From contig NC_052168.1 in NCBI RefSeq assembly GCF_902713615.1, forward strand, positions 4,464,001-4,528,000: a stretch of DNA of 64,000 bases, written 5' to 3'. The translations under genes were made by a program, and so were the position numbers. Below the pieces are notes generated by a model. It had not been told where the DNA came from. It saw nothing but the letters and a program-made list of their open reading frames with translations, and made no database searches. Source of the stretch: Scyliorhinus canicula (taxonomy: Eukaryota). The stretch's first letter is position 1. Each line of letters opens with the position of its first letter. Positions 12,039-24,586 of the stretch are shown one piece after another.

Positions 12039-12162
12039 GTGAGAGGGGCGCCGGAGGGGGACTAACTACCACCGCCGGGGGCGGGGAGGAGAAGGGGCGT
12101 TCAAACGGGAGGCCGCGGCCTAGCGATAGGCCCCTTACCGACCGACCGGCCGGCCGAGGGCG

Positions 12163-14600
12163 GTCATCCCCATAGCGACCCCGGGGGGAGGTTCATCCCC
12201 ATAGCGACCCCTGGGGGGGGGGGGGTTCATCCCCATAGCGACCCCTGGGGGGGGGGGGTTCATCCCCATAGCGACCCCTGGGGGGGGGGGTTCATCCCCA
12301 TAGCGACCCCTGGGGGGGGGGGGTTCATCCCCATAGCGACCCCTGGGGGGGGGGGTTCATCCCCATAGCGACCCCTGGGGGGGGGGGGTTCATCCCCATA
12401 GCGACCCCTGGGGGGGGGTTCATCCCCATAGTGACCCCTGGGGGGGGGGGGTCATCCCCATAGCGACCCCTGGGGGGGGGTTCATCCCCATAGCGACCCA
12501 TGGGGGGGGGGGTTCACCCCCATAGCGCCCCCTGGGGGGGGGGGGGGGTTCATCCCCATAGCGACCCCTGGGGGGGAGGGGTTCATCCCCATAGCGACCC
12601 CTGGGGGGGGGGGTTCATCCCCATAGCGACCCCTGGGGGGGGGGGTTCATCCCCATAGCGACCCCTGGGGGGGGGGTTCATCCCCATAGCGACCCCTGGG
12701 GGGGGGGGGTTCATCCCCATAGCGACCCCTGGGGGGGGGGTTCATCCCCATAGCGACCCCTGGGGGGGGGGGGTTCATCCCCATAGCGACCCCGGGGGGG
12801 GGTTCATCCCCATAGCGACCCGGGGGGGGGGGTTCATCCCCATAGCGACCCCGGGGGGGGTTCATCCCCATAGCGACCCCGGGGTGGGGGGGGTTCATCC
12901 CCATAGCGACCCCGGGGTGGGGGGGGTTCATCCCCATAGCGACCCCGGGGAGGGGGGGGTTCATCCCCATAGCCACCCCCGGGGGGGGGGGGGTTCATCC
13001 CCATAGCCACCCCCGGGGGGGGGGGGGTTCATCCCCATAGCGACCCCGGGGGGGGGTTCATCCCCATAGCGACCCCGGGGGGGGGGTTCATCCCCATAGC
13101 GACCCCGGGGGGGGGTTCATCCCCATAGCGACCCCGGGGGGGGGTGTTCATCCCCATAGCGACCCCGGGGGGGGTTCATCCCCATAGCGACCCCGGGGGG
13201 GGGGGGGGGTTCACCCCCATAGCGACCCCGGGGGGGGGGGGGGGGGTTCATCCCCATAGCGACCCCGGGGGGGGGGGTTCATCCCCATAGCGACCCCTGG
13301 GGGGGGGGGGTTCATCCCCATAGCGACCCCTGGGGGGGGGGTTCATCCCCATAGCGACCCCTGGGGGGGGGGGTTCATCCCCATAGCGACCCCGGGGGGG
13401 GGTTCATCCCCATAGCGACCCGGGGGGGGGGGTTCAGCCCCATAGCGACCCCGGGGGGGGTTCATCCCCATAGCGACCCCGGGGTGGGGGGGGTTCATCC
13501 CCATAGCGACCCCGGGGTGGGGGGGGTTCATCCCCATAGCGACCCCGGGGAGGGGGGGGTTCATCCCCATAGCCACCCCCGGGGAGGGGGGGGTTCATCC
13601 CCATAGCCACCCCCGGGGGGGGGGGGTTCATCCCCATAGCGACCCCGGGGGGGGGTTCATCCCCATAGCGACCCCGGGGGGGGGGTTCATCCCCATAGCG
13701 ACCCCCGGGGGGGGGTTCATCCCCATAGCGACCCCGGGGGGGGGTGTTCATCCCCATAGCGACCCCGGGGGGGGTTCATCCCCATAGCGACCCCGGGGGG
13801 GGGGGGGGGTTCATCCCCATAGCGACCCCGGGGGGGGGGGGGGGTTCATCCCCATAGCGACCCCGGGGGGGGGGGTTCATCCCCATAGCGACCCCGGGGG
13901 GGGGGGGGGGGGTTCATCCCCATAGTGACCCTGGGGGGGGTGTTCATCCCCATAGCGACCCCGGGGGGGGGGGGGGGGGGTGTTCGTCCCCATAGCGACC
14001 CCAGGGGGGTTCAATCCCCATAGCGACCCCGGGGGGGAGGGGGAGGTTTATCCCCATAACGACCCCGGGGGTGGGGACGGTGGGGTTATCCCCATAGCGA
14101 CCCCAGGGGGGTCATCCCCATAGCGACCCTGGGGGAGTTCATCCCCTGTAGTGATGCTGGGGGGGGGGCTTTATTCCTGTCCTGGGGTGGGGGCTTCGTC
14201 CCCATAGCGACCCTGGTGGGAGTGGGCTTCATCCCCATAGTGACCCGGGGGGGGGGGGGGGGGGGGGGGGGGCTTCTTCCCCATAGCAACGCCTGGGAGG
14301 GGGGTGGCGGGTTCATCCCCATAGCAACCCAGGAGGGGGGGGTGTGTGGCTTCATCCCCATAGTGACCCAGGGCATTGGGGCCTTCTTCCCCATGGCAAC
14401 CCCTGGGAGGGGGCTTCATCCCATAGCTACCCTGGGGGGAGCTTCAGCCCCATTTCGACCCTCGGGTGAATGGGGCCTACTTCCCCATTGCAACCCTGGG
14501 GAGGGGGAGGCAGGTCTTCATCCCCACTGTGACCCTTGGGGAAGGGGGGAAGCTTCATCCCGAAAGCAACCCGGGGGGTGGGCAGTGTTCATCCCCACCT
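12163..14600 (+). repeat. G/C-rich minisatellite, ~30-bp unit TTCATCCCCATAGCGACCCC(T)G(7-17), roughly 60 good copies then degenerate
   Basis: Directly visible tandem array in PDAP1 intron 1. Units degenerate after ~14000. Confidence 0.97.
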
Positions 14601-17484
14601 CACCCCTTGGGTTGGTTGGGAGGAGGTGTTCTTACCCCACAGTCACACCGGGGTTGATGGTGGGCGGTTTTGTTGGCACGGAATGCTGGAAAACATAGTA
14701 ACTGTGCTGGGTGAGGGCTACCTGGTTGTCTTTTGTGAGTTTGAATGTTTTTCACCCGCGGACTGTGTCCCTCAAAGTGGAGGCAATACGAAAGGGGGGA
14801 GGGCAGGCTGTTTTATCACAAATTTAAAAACAATTCCTCTGGAAATAACTAGTCGGAAATCTTACACTTTAATTTAAAAGGGTTAAACCTTTTCGGCGGG
14901 GGGGGGTTTTGGAGTTAAAAAATTGTTGGCCAGTTTCTTCCTTTTACCCTCTGCACTGTTTCAGAAGTGCAGTCACGTGGTTACCATCACTGCCACCCTG
15001 CCTGTTATCTGGTACATGAGCTTCCATTCCTACTCCCCCCATCCCCCAAAACAAACTTAGTGGAAATGTGCCTGAATGTTTAAGGAGTGTGTCTCCGCTT
15101 TCTGCATTGAGGGTTCCGGGGTTCCTTATCACTTCGAGACCTCCCTGTAGGATTTAAAATGAGACACTCGAGGCAATGGTATGGGTGAGTCAGCAGTTGG
15201 AACGGTGGCATTGAGATGGAGGCTGTACTCGATGTAACTGGTCTGCCCTCGTGTTTATGAACTACCAGTCTCATCTTCCAGTGCAACATTTCACTTTGAC
15301 TCATCCTGTGGCCAGCCTTCTTCCAAACTGTTATCACATTGCATGTTCTCCCCGTGTCTGCGTGAGTTATTAATGGACAGAGTAAATGACAGTAAATGAA
15401 TCATTTATTCAATGTTTTTTTCAGATTTGGATCCTGAAATGGCAGTTGTTAAATGAACAAATGATGCTTCGTTTATTATCTGTGAATTCCTCTTTGTTGT
15501 ATTGAGGATGTAGTCCATTTCTTTTAGCACCCATTACAACTGCAAATTTTAATGCAGATTTGAGCTTTCATAGCTGGTATTCCACAGTGTGATTTGGGGG
15601 CCTTGAGAACTAATTTTAATTGAGGCCTGATCAGAACTCAGTGTTTTCTGCACCTAATTTAACCTGTGCTGTCAAACTATGAATCTGTACTTAATGTGGA
15701 AAGCTTGCCTGCTAGAGTGCTGTCTCCTGTTGGAGTTAATGTAACCATGTCTGAAACATTACTGAAGTTCACAATGATTATAATCATATTGCTTCATTTC
15801 TGATGCAGTGAAACAGCTGTTTCTGTCAAAGCCTTTTGAAATGAAAAATGAAATGAAAATCGCTTATTGTCACGAGTAGGCTTGGCCTACTTGGTCTGCT
15901 TTAAAAGCCAGTGATTTAGCTCAGTGAGCTAAACCAGCCCCTTAGGATGTCACCAAGAGAAACTTTGATTATTATGCTTGAGCATCACCCCCAGGCTCTT
16001 CCTTAACAGGTCCACATCCCCATTCAGTTTCATAATCTCCTGGGGGAGGCAGAGAAACCCAGAAGAGGATCTAGGAAATTCGGAATGCTCCTCTTCAACC
16101 CTCTCAAATGCTTGAGACCTCCAGGAGATTATATTGTCCATGCTATTCAGCTTCCATTCTGTGTAATCTCAGGCCAGCCAGGAACTGGCCCAGCTCTCCC
16201 TCGGAGCTGGGAAGACAGTGTCTGCATTCCCTGCAGCCTTTCCTATTGATGCTTGAATCAGCGTCAGCTTGGTTGCTGGCTCTCTGGCCTCTTGAGTTTG
16301 AAGGTGATGGCCTCAAGGACTACAGCTTGTGATATATGTTGATGCTCCCATGTAGCACCTGTCAGATGAGATGTTAAATTGAAGCCCCACATGTTCCTTT
16401 CAGGTAAATCTTAAGGATCACACGGCATTATCAGAAAACCAGGAACAATCTCCTCGTGCTCTGGCCGACCTGTTTGCCTGACCAACACCAGTGAAAAAAC
16501 TCCATTAATCTTATTTGTTTGTGGAATCTTGATGTGCAGCCAATTGGCTGCCCTGTGATTCATTGGCTTTTTGTTTGTCTTCCAGTTGGTCCGTCTTTAG
16601 TTCTGCGCCTACAGCATCAAATAGAGCAGAACCCACTTAATTAAAACTGTTCAGAATGAGCATGTAATGTTCAGCGACATGGTAGCACAATGGGTTGGCA
16701 CTGTTGCTTCACAGCTCCAGGATCCCAGGTTTGATTCCTGGCTTGGATCACTGCGGAGTCTGCATGTTCTCCCCGTGTCTGCGTGGGTTTCCTCCGCATG
16801 CTCCGGTTTCTTCCCACAAGATGTGCTGTTAGGTCATTTGGACATTCTGAATTCTCCCTCTGCGTACCCGAACAGGCGACTAGGGAATTTTCACAGTAAC
16901 TTCATTGCAGTGTTAATATAAGCCAACATGTGACAATACAGATTATTATTATTAAATCACAAAATGGGATTTCCGTTAAGGGGCAGTAACGAATCACATC
17001 TGGGATTGTACATATCCCATTTCTTTTAGATTTGATACAGGATGTGTCAATACAGTATATCAACATCTGAAAAGTCGATTAATATGCCAGCTGCAAAATC
17101 TCCTGACTTTATTACGCTACTGAGAATTGATTTTCTTCATTTGGAGACTGATATTTATCAGTTTGCACAGTTTCCCCACCAATCAGTAAAATTCATTTGA
17201 GTCCTTCACTGCCTTTTAACTCAATAAACCTGCGTCTTTCTAACTCTGGGCATTTGCAGCACTGTCGGACCTTGGCTTAGGCCCTCTGGCTCTGAGTCAA
17301 AGAAGATACTTCCTGCATCGGACATCATCTTTGCACAGACTTCTTTACTTTCTCTTTCAACAGGCAGCCCTCAAACTAGATTTCCTGGGCTCTTCTGGGA
17401 TTACAGCAGCTTTATGTGCACTGGCCATGGCCCTCTTGTTCTCACACTTCGGTTCCCATTCTTTTCCAGTCGTCCACGAGATAT

Positions 17485-18012
17485 GGGCCGGGATTCTCCG
17501 AGCCTGTGCGCCGCAATCGTGCTCGGCGTGGGGGCAGAGAGTGGGGCGTCAGACCAGTGATCGGGTCCGACGCCTTCCCACGATTCTCCGGGGACCGGAG
17601 AATCAGCGCCGGTCGGGGGCCATTAAACGAGGCCCCCCCCCCGCGGTGAGTCTGTGCCCACAACTGGCCGAGTTCCCGCCGTGGTTCACTCATGGTTCCA
17701 CCCGGCGGGAGTGGGTGGAACTCCCTGGTGAACAGCCGGGATGGGGGGGGCTCCAGGGTGGCCAGGCTTGCGATCGGGGGGCCACCGATAGGCCAGTGCG
17801 CTCTGCGGGGGGGGGGCGGCATGTGCGGACCCACGGCTGGAAGTGCAGGTCCCCATATCGGCAGCTGGAGCTGCATGGAGCACTCTGGGGCACTGCTGGC
17901 CCCCTTAAAATTGGAGAATCCCTCTGGACTTTCTCCAAGAAAGTCCAGAGTAATTCGTGCCCGTTTTCTCACGGGAGTGGGGACATAGCCCCATTATCAG
18001 AGAATTCCGCCC
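17485..18012. mobile_element. Harbinger/PIF-like GC-rich MITE
   Basis: Imperfect TIRs GGGCCGGGATTCTC ... GAGAATTCCGCCC. No credible coding capacity. Confidence 0.6.
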
Positions 18013-18174
18013 ATGTTTTCCCTTTTGGAATTTGCAAAGTGGGGATCCTGAAATGGCAAGCTTGTGTGTGACTGGCTTTCCATATCCCCAAATCAAAGCA
18101 AAATACTGTGGGTGATGGAAATACTGAAATAATGCCAAAGCACTGGAAATACTCAACAGACCTGACACAATCTG

Positions 18175-18349
18175 AAATGAAAATCGCTTGTCACAAGTAG
18201 GCTTCAAATGAAGTTATTGTGAAAAGCCCCTAATCACCACATTCCGGCGCCTGTTCGGGGAGGCTGGTACGGGTATTGAACCACGCTGCTGGCCTGCCTT
18301 GGTCTGCTTTCAAAGCCAGCGATTTAGCCCAGGGTGCTAAACCAGCCCC
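18175..18349 (-). mobile_element. Short SINE family B (tRNA-like head with long variable arm plus tail-3-related 3' end). Copies or fragments at ~9355-9460, 15838-15942, 19200-19298, 48535-48715, 53850-54027, 62610-63130 and 63877-64000
   Basis: Consensus GGGGCTGGTTTAGC.CA..G.GCTAAATCGCTGGCTTTTAAAGCAGACCAAGGCAGGCCAGCAGCACGGTTCGATTCCCGTACCAGCCTCCCCGAACAGGCGCCGGAATGTGGCGACTAGGGGCTTTTCACAGTAACTTCATTGAAGCCTACT.GTGACAATAAGCGATTTTCATTTC, with A and B boxes. Confidence 0.85.
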
Positions 18350-20001
18350 AGAATCTGGGGAAGGAGAAGCTGCTTTGAGTTGAATATGCCTCTTAACTGC
18401 AGTTGTGAAGAAGTCTTATTTGGCTTGAAAAGTTTTTTTTTTTAATTTAGAGTACCCAATTATTTTTTTCCCAATTAAAGGGCAATTTAATGTGGGCTAT
18501 CCACCTAACCAGCACATCTGGGGGTCAACTGACTTGAAAAGTTAACTTCCCCCATCACAGGTGCTGAGCAATTCCAATACTTGCTGTTTTTATTTCTCAA
18601 ACCTCTCTTCCTTCGAACCGCTTGGAAAATCCTCATGTGGCGGCACATCCCCACCCCCCCCTGCCCTCCACCACTTTATTTCTGTTGCTCCATCTGGAAA
18701 TTTGTTTTGCGTTTCTCCCTCCCGGACACGGGTGGTAGATGTTTCAATTGAGTTATTCACCACATTGACCATTGAGCCTGATGAGATTAAGATGAAAGTC
18801 TCGGCTTCAAAGTTTCCATTAAAGTGAGATTCCTGTGCGTCGCATACAAGCTTAACTGGGAAATTGGAAACAGTCAAAACTAATTTTTCAAAGTCGGAAG
18901 TTCGAGTTGGTGGGGGTTTTGAGACTTGGGTTGTGTGTGTGCAAGCGAATCCCAGTTAAGCGATTGGCAAATAAAACTGATAAAGCTGTACAATGCAGAT
19001 AACCCACTGTGTGCGAAGAGAGTTGTGGAAGAACCGAACTGAGTGATTATAAAAATTACCATGTGACAGTAATTAAATCCTCGTGGCGCACTGTGTTTCA
19101 TGCTGTGTTGGAACTGTTGGGATTTATTGTGGATTACGGTTAAATGGTAAGGGTTTGATGTCATGGATGGTTTGCACATTTACCATCAGGCTATGATTGA
19201 AAATGAAAAAGAAATGAAAATGAAATGTCACGAGTAGACTTCAATGAACTTACTGTGAAAAGCCCCTAGTCGCCACATTCCGGCGCCTGTTAGGGGAGGG
19301 TTACGGGGCTGATTGACGTTCAAGTTGCTATATTCAGGTATGTTGAGGGTTCTTAGTCACTCGGTTTACTGAAACCGTGGGACTGACGCAATAAAGACTG
19401 GATATGGGTGTAACGGCAGCAAGTAACGTGCAGAGACAGCAGATTAGAAAGGAAGGAAAGCAGAAGTGCTTTTTTTAAAGCACCAGTTGTTTTCTATATA
19501 TACACCGTGCAGTTTGACTTGTATACAAAAGATTCGACACCTTTCCGCGTGAGGTTGCGGCCCCAGTGCGTCTTTATCCAAGGCTTTCGGTGCTGGCCAC
19601 AAGGAGGTTCGTGACACACCCACCCACCTTTCACAGAAGGGGCTGACTTTGCTCCCTGCTTCCACAGTATCTTCCTACCTCTGATTGGAACCGACAGAGA
19701 TGTAGGTTCCAGCAGCCGGTTATAGCTAAAGCAGAGGGAAGGCCCACCTGATCAACTTGGCTGATGTGTAAGCTTTTAGCAGGAGGTATATGCTCTGTTG
19801 TTCCATACAGTGTGATGCAAAGTTTTTGATGCCATTTCTAAAGTTGCTGGATAACTATCCAAAAAGTTGGATTTTAAGGGCTGTGCATTTGACAGCATGA
19901 CGGTCAACAACAGGGTTTGGTTTTAAATGAAGTGAGTCACAGAAAGAAGTTTAATGGAGCAATCCGCAAGGCCGGAGAGGATTCTCCAGGCGATACGTAA
20001 G

Positions 20002-20315
20002 GGGCAGCATGGTAACATGGTGGTTAGCATTGTGACTTCACAGCACCAAGGTCCCAGGTTCGATTCCCGGCTTGGGTCACTGTCTGTGTGGAGTCTGCAC
20101 GTTCTCTGCGTGTGTTTCCCTCGGGTGCTCCGGTTTCCTCCCACAGTCCAAAGATGTGCAGGTTAGGTGGATTGGCCGTGCTAAATTGCCCCTTAGTGTC
20201 CAAAAAGGTTAGGAGAGGTTATTGGGTTAGGGGGGTACGGTGGAAGTGAGGGCTTAAGTGGGCCAGTGCAGATGCGATGGGCCGAATGGCCTCCTTCTGC
20301 ACTGTATGTTCTCTG
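20002..20315 (+). mobile_element. HE1-type SINE (tail type 1). Similar full copies at ~30774-31340, 43053-43400, 43890-44235, 45289-45635, 62043-62370 and 62758-63096(-)
   Basis: Head, V-domain and GGGCCGAATGGCCTCCTTCTGCACTGT..TTCTATG tail. Confidence 0.85.
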
Positions 20316-20998
20316 ATATTTAAACAAGGATAAAAATTTTAAATCTGAGGCTTTGCGGAGCCAGGAGTTAATATAGTTTGGTAATGGGCGAAAGTGTGGT
20401 GATCAATATAAAAATGCTCCAGTTGAATAACAACGTTTTGAGGTTGAAAGTCCACTCTGCCTTAGAATAATTTACTAATTCTAGATTTGAGTCTCTGTTT
20501 TAATTTATAAAATAGGATTACTTGCCCATAACAGTTTTAAATCAAAGCCACAGACTGAGATTGCAAGAATATTTATCCTACAGAACAATCTTCTCTTCCC
20601 TCCCACCGCCCCAGCCAGTCAGCTTCAGGGGATGGGATCATTTAAGCAGAATCTTTAAAGATTGTTGTCCTTTAACCATCCATGGTGAACAAGTGATCAT
20701 TTCATGAAGTGGATCATCTTGTGTTTTCTTCAGGATTCCGCTGAGGTAAGGGGAGTGTACAGAGTGCAATATCTATCTTCTCCCTTCGTGAATCCTACTG
20801 GGGGGGGGTAATATTTGTTACGGAATCTGTACATGCCCACATCAGTGACATAATCAATTTCTCATGCAGGAAATGATTTGAAGTGGACAATGGCCGCATT
20901 AAAGTACCTGTTTTCTTCCTCAGTAGGATGTGAGCTTTCGCTGGTTAGGCCAGCATTTATTGCCCAGGAGAGGGTGGTGGTGAGCTGCTGCCTTAAAT

Positions 20999-21056
<58 letters not shown>

Positions 21057-22660
21057 GCTGGGATATAAATTGTGGGCAGGAGACCCGCTGGCGTTTTGGC
21101 CTAGTGACAGTGAAGGGACGGTGATCTAGTTCCACGTCCGGGTAGTGAGTGACCTGGAGGGGAACTTGCCGGTGGTGGCGTGGCATTCCCATGCTTCTGT
21201 TACCCCCTTGCCCTCTTAGGTGGTAGAGGTCACAGTTTTGGAAGGTGCTATTGAAGGAACCTTGTGAGTTGTTACTCCGTGTTTTTGTTCTTTGGTCAGA
21301 GTTTTGAGACTTTTAAACTTGTTGCAAAATATCCAAATAGGACAGCATTGCTGCCTCGAGCAATGCTTTGTATATTAATTCCTGCCATCACAATTGGTTT
21401 GTCAAATGTTTGGCAGTGAATTTTTAAGTATTGGGAAAATTATCGAGTGAAGAAAGAACTTTCCTTTCGAGATGTCCCAGCTCTTGACAGCTAGTTAATG
21501 AAGCGACTGTTTTTTTAAATATAAATTTAGAGTGCCCAATTATTTTTTTCTAATTAAGGGGCAATTTAGTGTGGCCAATCCACCTCCCCTGCACATCTTT
21601 TGGGTTGTGGGGGCGAAACCCACGCAAACACAGGGAGAATGTGCAAATTCCACACGGCCAGTGACCCAGAGCCGGGATTGAACCTGGGACCTCGGCGCCA
21701 TGATGCAGCAGGGCTAACCCACTGGGCCTCCGTGCTACCTATGAAGTGACTGTTCTAACCTGAGAATTGTGGCAGCCAGTTCACACACAGCCAGGCTCCA
21801 CAAGCACCTCCGTGATGATGGGCAGGCCATCCAGGTGCTTGTTGAGGGATATGTACTGGCCAAGACACATCGAATGGTGGCCATGGGACCTCTTGCATCT
21901 CCCCGAGAGGGAAGGTGAGCCCTCAGTGTAATGTCCCATTTCAAAGACAGCACTTCAGGCAGAGCAGCACTCCCTCGGTCCTGGCACTGGAAATGTTGCC
22001 CTGAATCTTGTGCTCAGGCTTCCAGGATGGGGGCTTAGCTTCTGACTCCTAGGCGAGCATGAGACAGAGATTGTTATAAGAAGAAATGAGGGCAGGGACT
22101 GGCTCACCATTTATCTCTGCTTTAAACTGATACCATACCGTTAGTATATTGAGGGAGGGAAGCTCACTGAAGATTCTGAAGTTAGTTCACCCCCACATAG
22201 ACTGAAAAATCTACAGTTCATTCTTGGGCCTTGCTTTTAAGTGTTTTCAAGGGAGAGGATGCGTACCCTGCCCTGTTTACATTTTGAACTCTCTAGAGGC
22301 AGCCATACCTGTAACCAGGTACCTGCATTGGTGTCTCTGGAACAGGATGATTAAACCCAAAGTAATTTCTATAAATATATTTCGAACTTTGATTTCTGTA
22401 CGGTTTGTAACAATTATCATTTAAAAATAACATTTAAAATTGCCTTGCAATTATGGAAAAGTCTGTTTCCACAGCTACGAGACGAGGAAATCTGTTTTAT
22501 TTGCGTGTAACTGAATATTGAGCGATTCTCACACTTGGAAATTGCTCCCATCCAGTCCCGAACACACTGAACCTATGCAGCTTGCAAACCTTGGCTGCAC
22601 AATGTCCCCCAGGCTTGTTTGCAGCTTCTAATGGGAACATCCTTTCTTTAATTCCTTCAG

Positions 22661-22743
22661 GTAAACGAGGCCACAAGGGGAGGGCGAAGCAGTTTACAAA
22701 CCCAGATGAGATTGATGCTCAGATGAAAGCAGAGAAAGAAAAG
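22661..22743 (+). CDS. PDAP1: PDAP1 coding exon 2 ([28 protein letters not shown])
   Basis: Acceptor ctttctttaattccttcAG. Matches PDAP1 [25 protein letters not shown]. Ends AAG|GCAAGT (GC donor), phase 0. Confidence 0.9.
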
Positions 22744-22936
22744 GCAAGTTTCTGGCAGCTGTAACCAAATCAGTAAACCAGGCAGCGACTCCTGCACACT
22801 GGATACTTTGCACGTCAGCAACATTGAGTCATTGATACGTTTATACAGCATCGTTAATTTAGTAAAGCATCCCCAACACAGGAGCATTATCAAATAATTT
22901 GACACCCAAAACTCCTGTAATATTAGATCAGCGACT

Positions 22937-23150
22937 GGGTGGCGCAGTGGTTAGCACTGCTGCCTCACGGCGCCAAGATCCCAGGTTTGATCCCGGCCCC
23001 GGGTCACTGCCCGTGTGGAGTTTGCACATTCTCCCTGTGTCTGCGTGGGTCTCGCCCCACAACACACAGATGTGCAGGGTAGGTGGATTGGCCATGCTAA
23101 ATTGCCCCTTAATTGGAAAGAAATGAATTGGGTACTGTAAATTTTAGAAA
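22937..23150 (+). mobile_element. Tail-type-2 SINE with ~14-bp TSD AGATCAG(C/T)GACTGG. Similar copies at ~21510-21735(-), 29538-29767, 32790-33010, 37380-37560(-), 38575-38795, 41327-41547, 50973-51205, 55660-55875, 58019-58232 and 63302-63527
   Basis: Shortened V-domain (GTGGGTTTCACCCCCACAACCCAAAGATG) and tail AAATTGCCCCTTAATTGGAAAAAATGAATTGGGTACTCTAAATTT(A)n. Direct repeats flank many copies. Confidence 0.85.
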
Positions 23151-24221
23151 AGATCAGTGACTGGCCGGTAAATATTAAGGAACTGCTTAAAGGAGGCAAG
23201 GATGGTGAAGAGGTTTCTCCAGGTTCACGAGCTTTTGGAAAGCTACCTGCTGCTCCAGGCCTTTTGTAATGGAACCTGAATCATTCCTGCTGTTGAGACT
23301 CCCTGTCCTTTTACACTGAAGTTTGAGTTTAAATTGAGCTGGGGGGAGTAAAAGAGACTGGGCTATGGAGGCGCATTGTCCTTTTGCTTCCTGAAGCCTG
23401 ATCTATAAACCAGTCCAGATTATTAGGATGTAAAGTCCTCTCCATCTGACTGCTGTGACGTAAACTCGGGGCAGTCTTGGTGCAGTGAGCATGAATTCAA
23501 CTGGCACTTTTCAGTTTTTTTCCCCCCCCAGTCGGAACACTCAGTCATCTAAGTCAGTACAAAAGAGAGTGTGAGAACCTCCTCCTACCTTCCCGTGTTG
23601 CTCTCCAGTTAAACCTCCTACCTTCTCGTGCAGCTCTCCGGTTCTCTCCTGAACCGGTCAGCTCTCTCCTCTCCGCTCTCGAATAAATCAACTAAATTCC
23701 TACCCTTGCTAAAACAATGACTTACAATTCACTCTGGTTTGAAAAAATACCCAGCAGGCCTTACTCGCCACTCAGCTGCACTCTTTGTAAACTCCCAACT
23801 CCCCTCACGCTCTTTTGAGGGCAGGTAGGAAATGAAAGGAGCACCTCGCTCCCTCGCCAAACTCCCTCAGTCGCAAAACTCCCACCTCAGCACTCTAATG
23901 CAGCCCGAGGTCAGCACTCCAGTGCAAACCTTTGGACAGTATTCAGCCCAGTTCTTTGTGCGTGATGCAAAACTGGTCATGACCAACATCTGAACTCTGA
24001 TGGGGAATGTTAAATTGGTCCACTAGCGTGTTCGTGTTGGTTTACAATTAACATGTAACACACAATAGAACAAGTGGAGATATTTGCACTCTCCTGTCTG
24101 ATGTCCCTCGCCTCCCACTCTCTCTCTCTCTCTCTCTCCCTCTCTCTCTGGAATATAGAATTTACTGATTAAATCCATCCGTTGCTGTCCAAGCTAATGC
24201 AAATTGTTTTTAAACCTATAG

Positions 24222-24284
24222 GCAAAAGACCTGCCAGAAAACGCAAGTGACCCTGATTCTGACAGCAGTGAAGATGACTCTGAG
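24222..24284 (+). CDS. PDAP1: PDAP1 coding exon 3 (AKDLPENASDPDSDSSEDDSE)
   Basis: Acceptor ttgtttttaaacctatAG and donor GAG|gtgagt. 63 nt, phase 0/0. Acidic Ser-rich segment equivalent to PDAP1 SLDSDESEDEED. Confidence 0.8.
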
Positions 24285-24586
24285 GTGAGTGCCCTGACAG
24301 GGATAAATGCTGCTTTTTTGCTCTTTCTGCCCAGGTTCTGCTGTCCCCCTGCAGTCTTTTTTCATTCATTTACATGATGTGGGCATCACTGGCTAGGCCA
24401 GCATTGGCTAGGCCACCCCTAATCGACCTTGAGAAGGTGGTGGTAAGTTGCCTTCTTGAACCGCTGCAGTCCATGTGGTGTAGGTACAGCCACAGTGCTG
24501 TTAGGGAGGGAGTTCCAGGATTGTGACCCAGTGACTATAAAGGAATAGCCAATATATTTCCAAGTCAGTATGGTGAGTGACTTGGA

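Noticed and set aside
12647-14698. Pro/Gly-rich ORFs (GVAMGMNPPP / RGRYGDEPPP)
   Set aside because: Translations of the minisatellite; the frame shifts with each G-run length.
17331-18071. 246-aa and overlapping ORFs (also 52657-53256)
   Set aside because: GC-rich MITE interiors with few stop codons and no recognisable domain.
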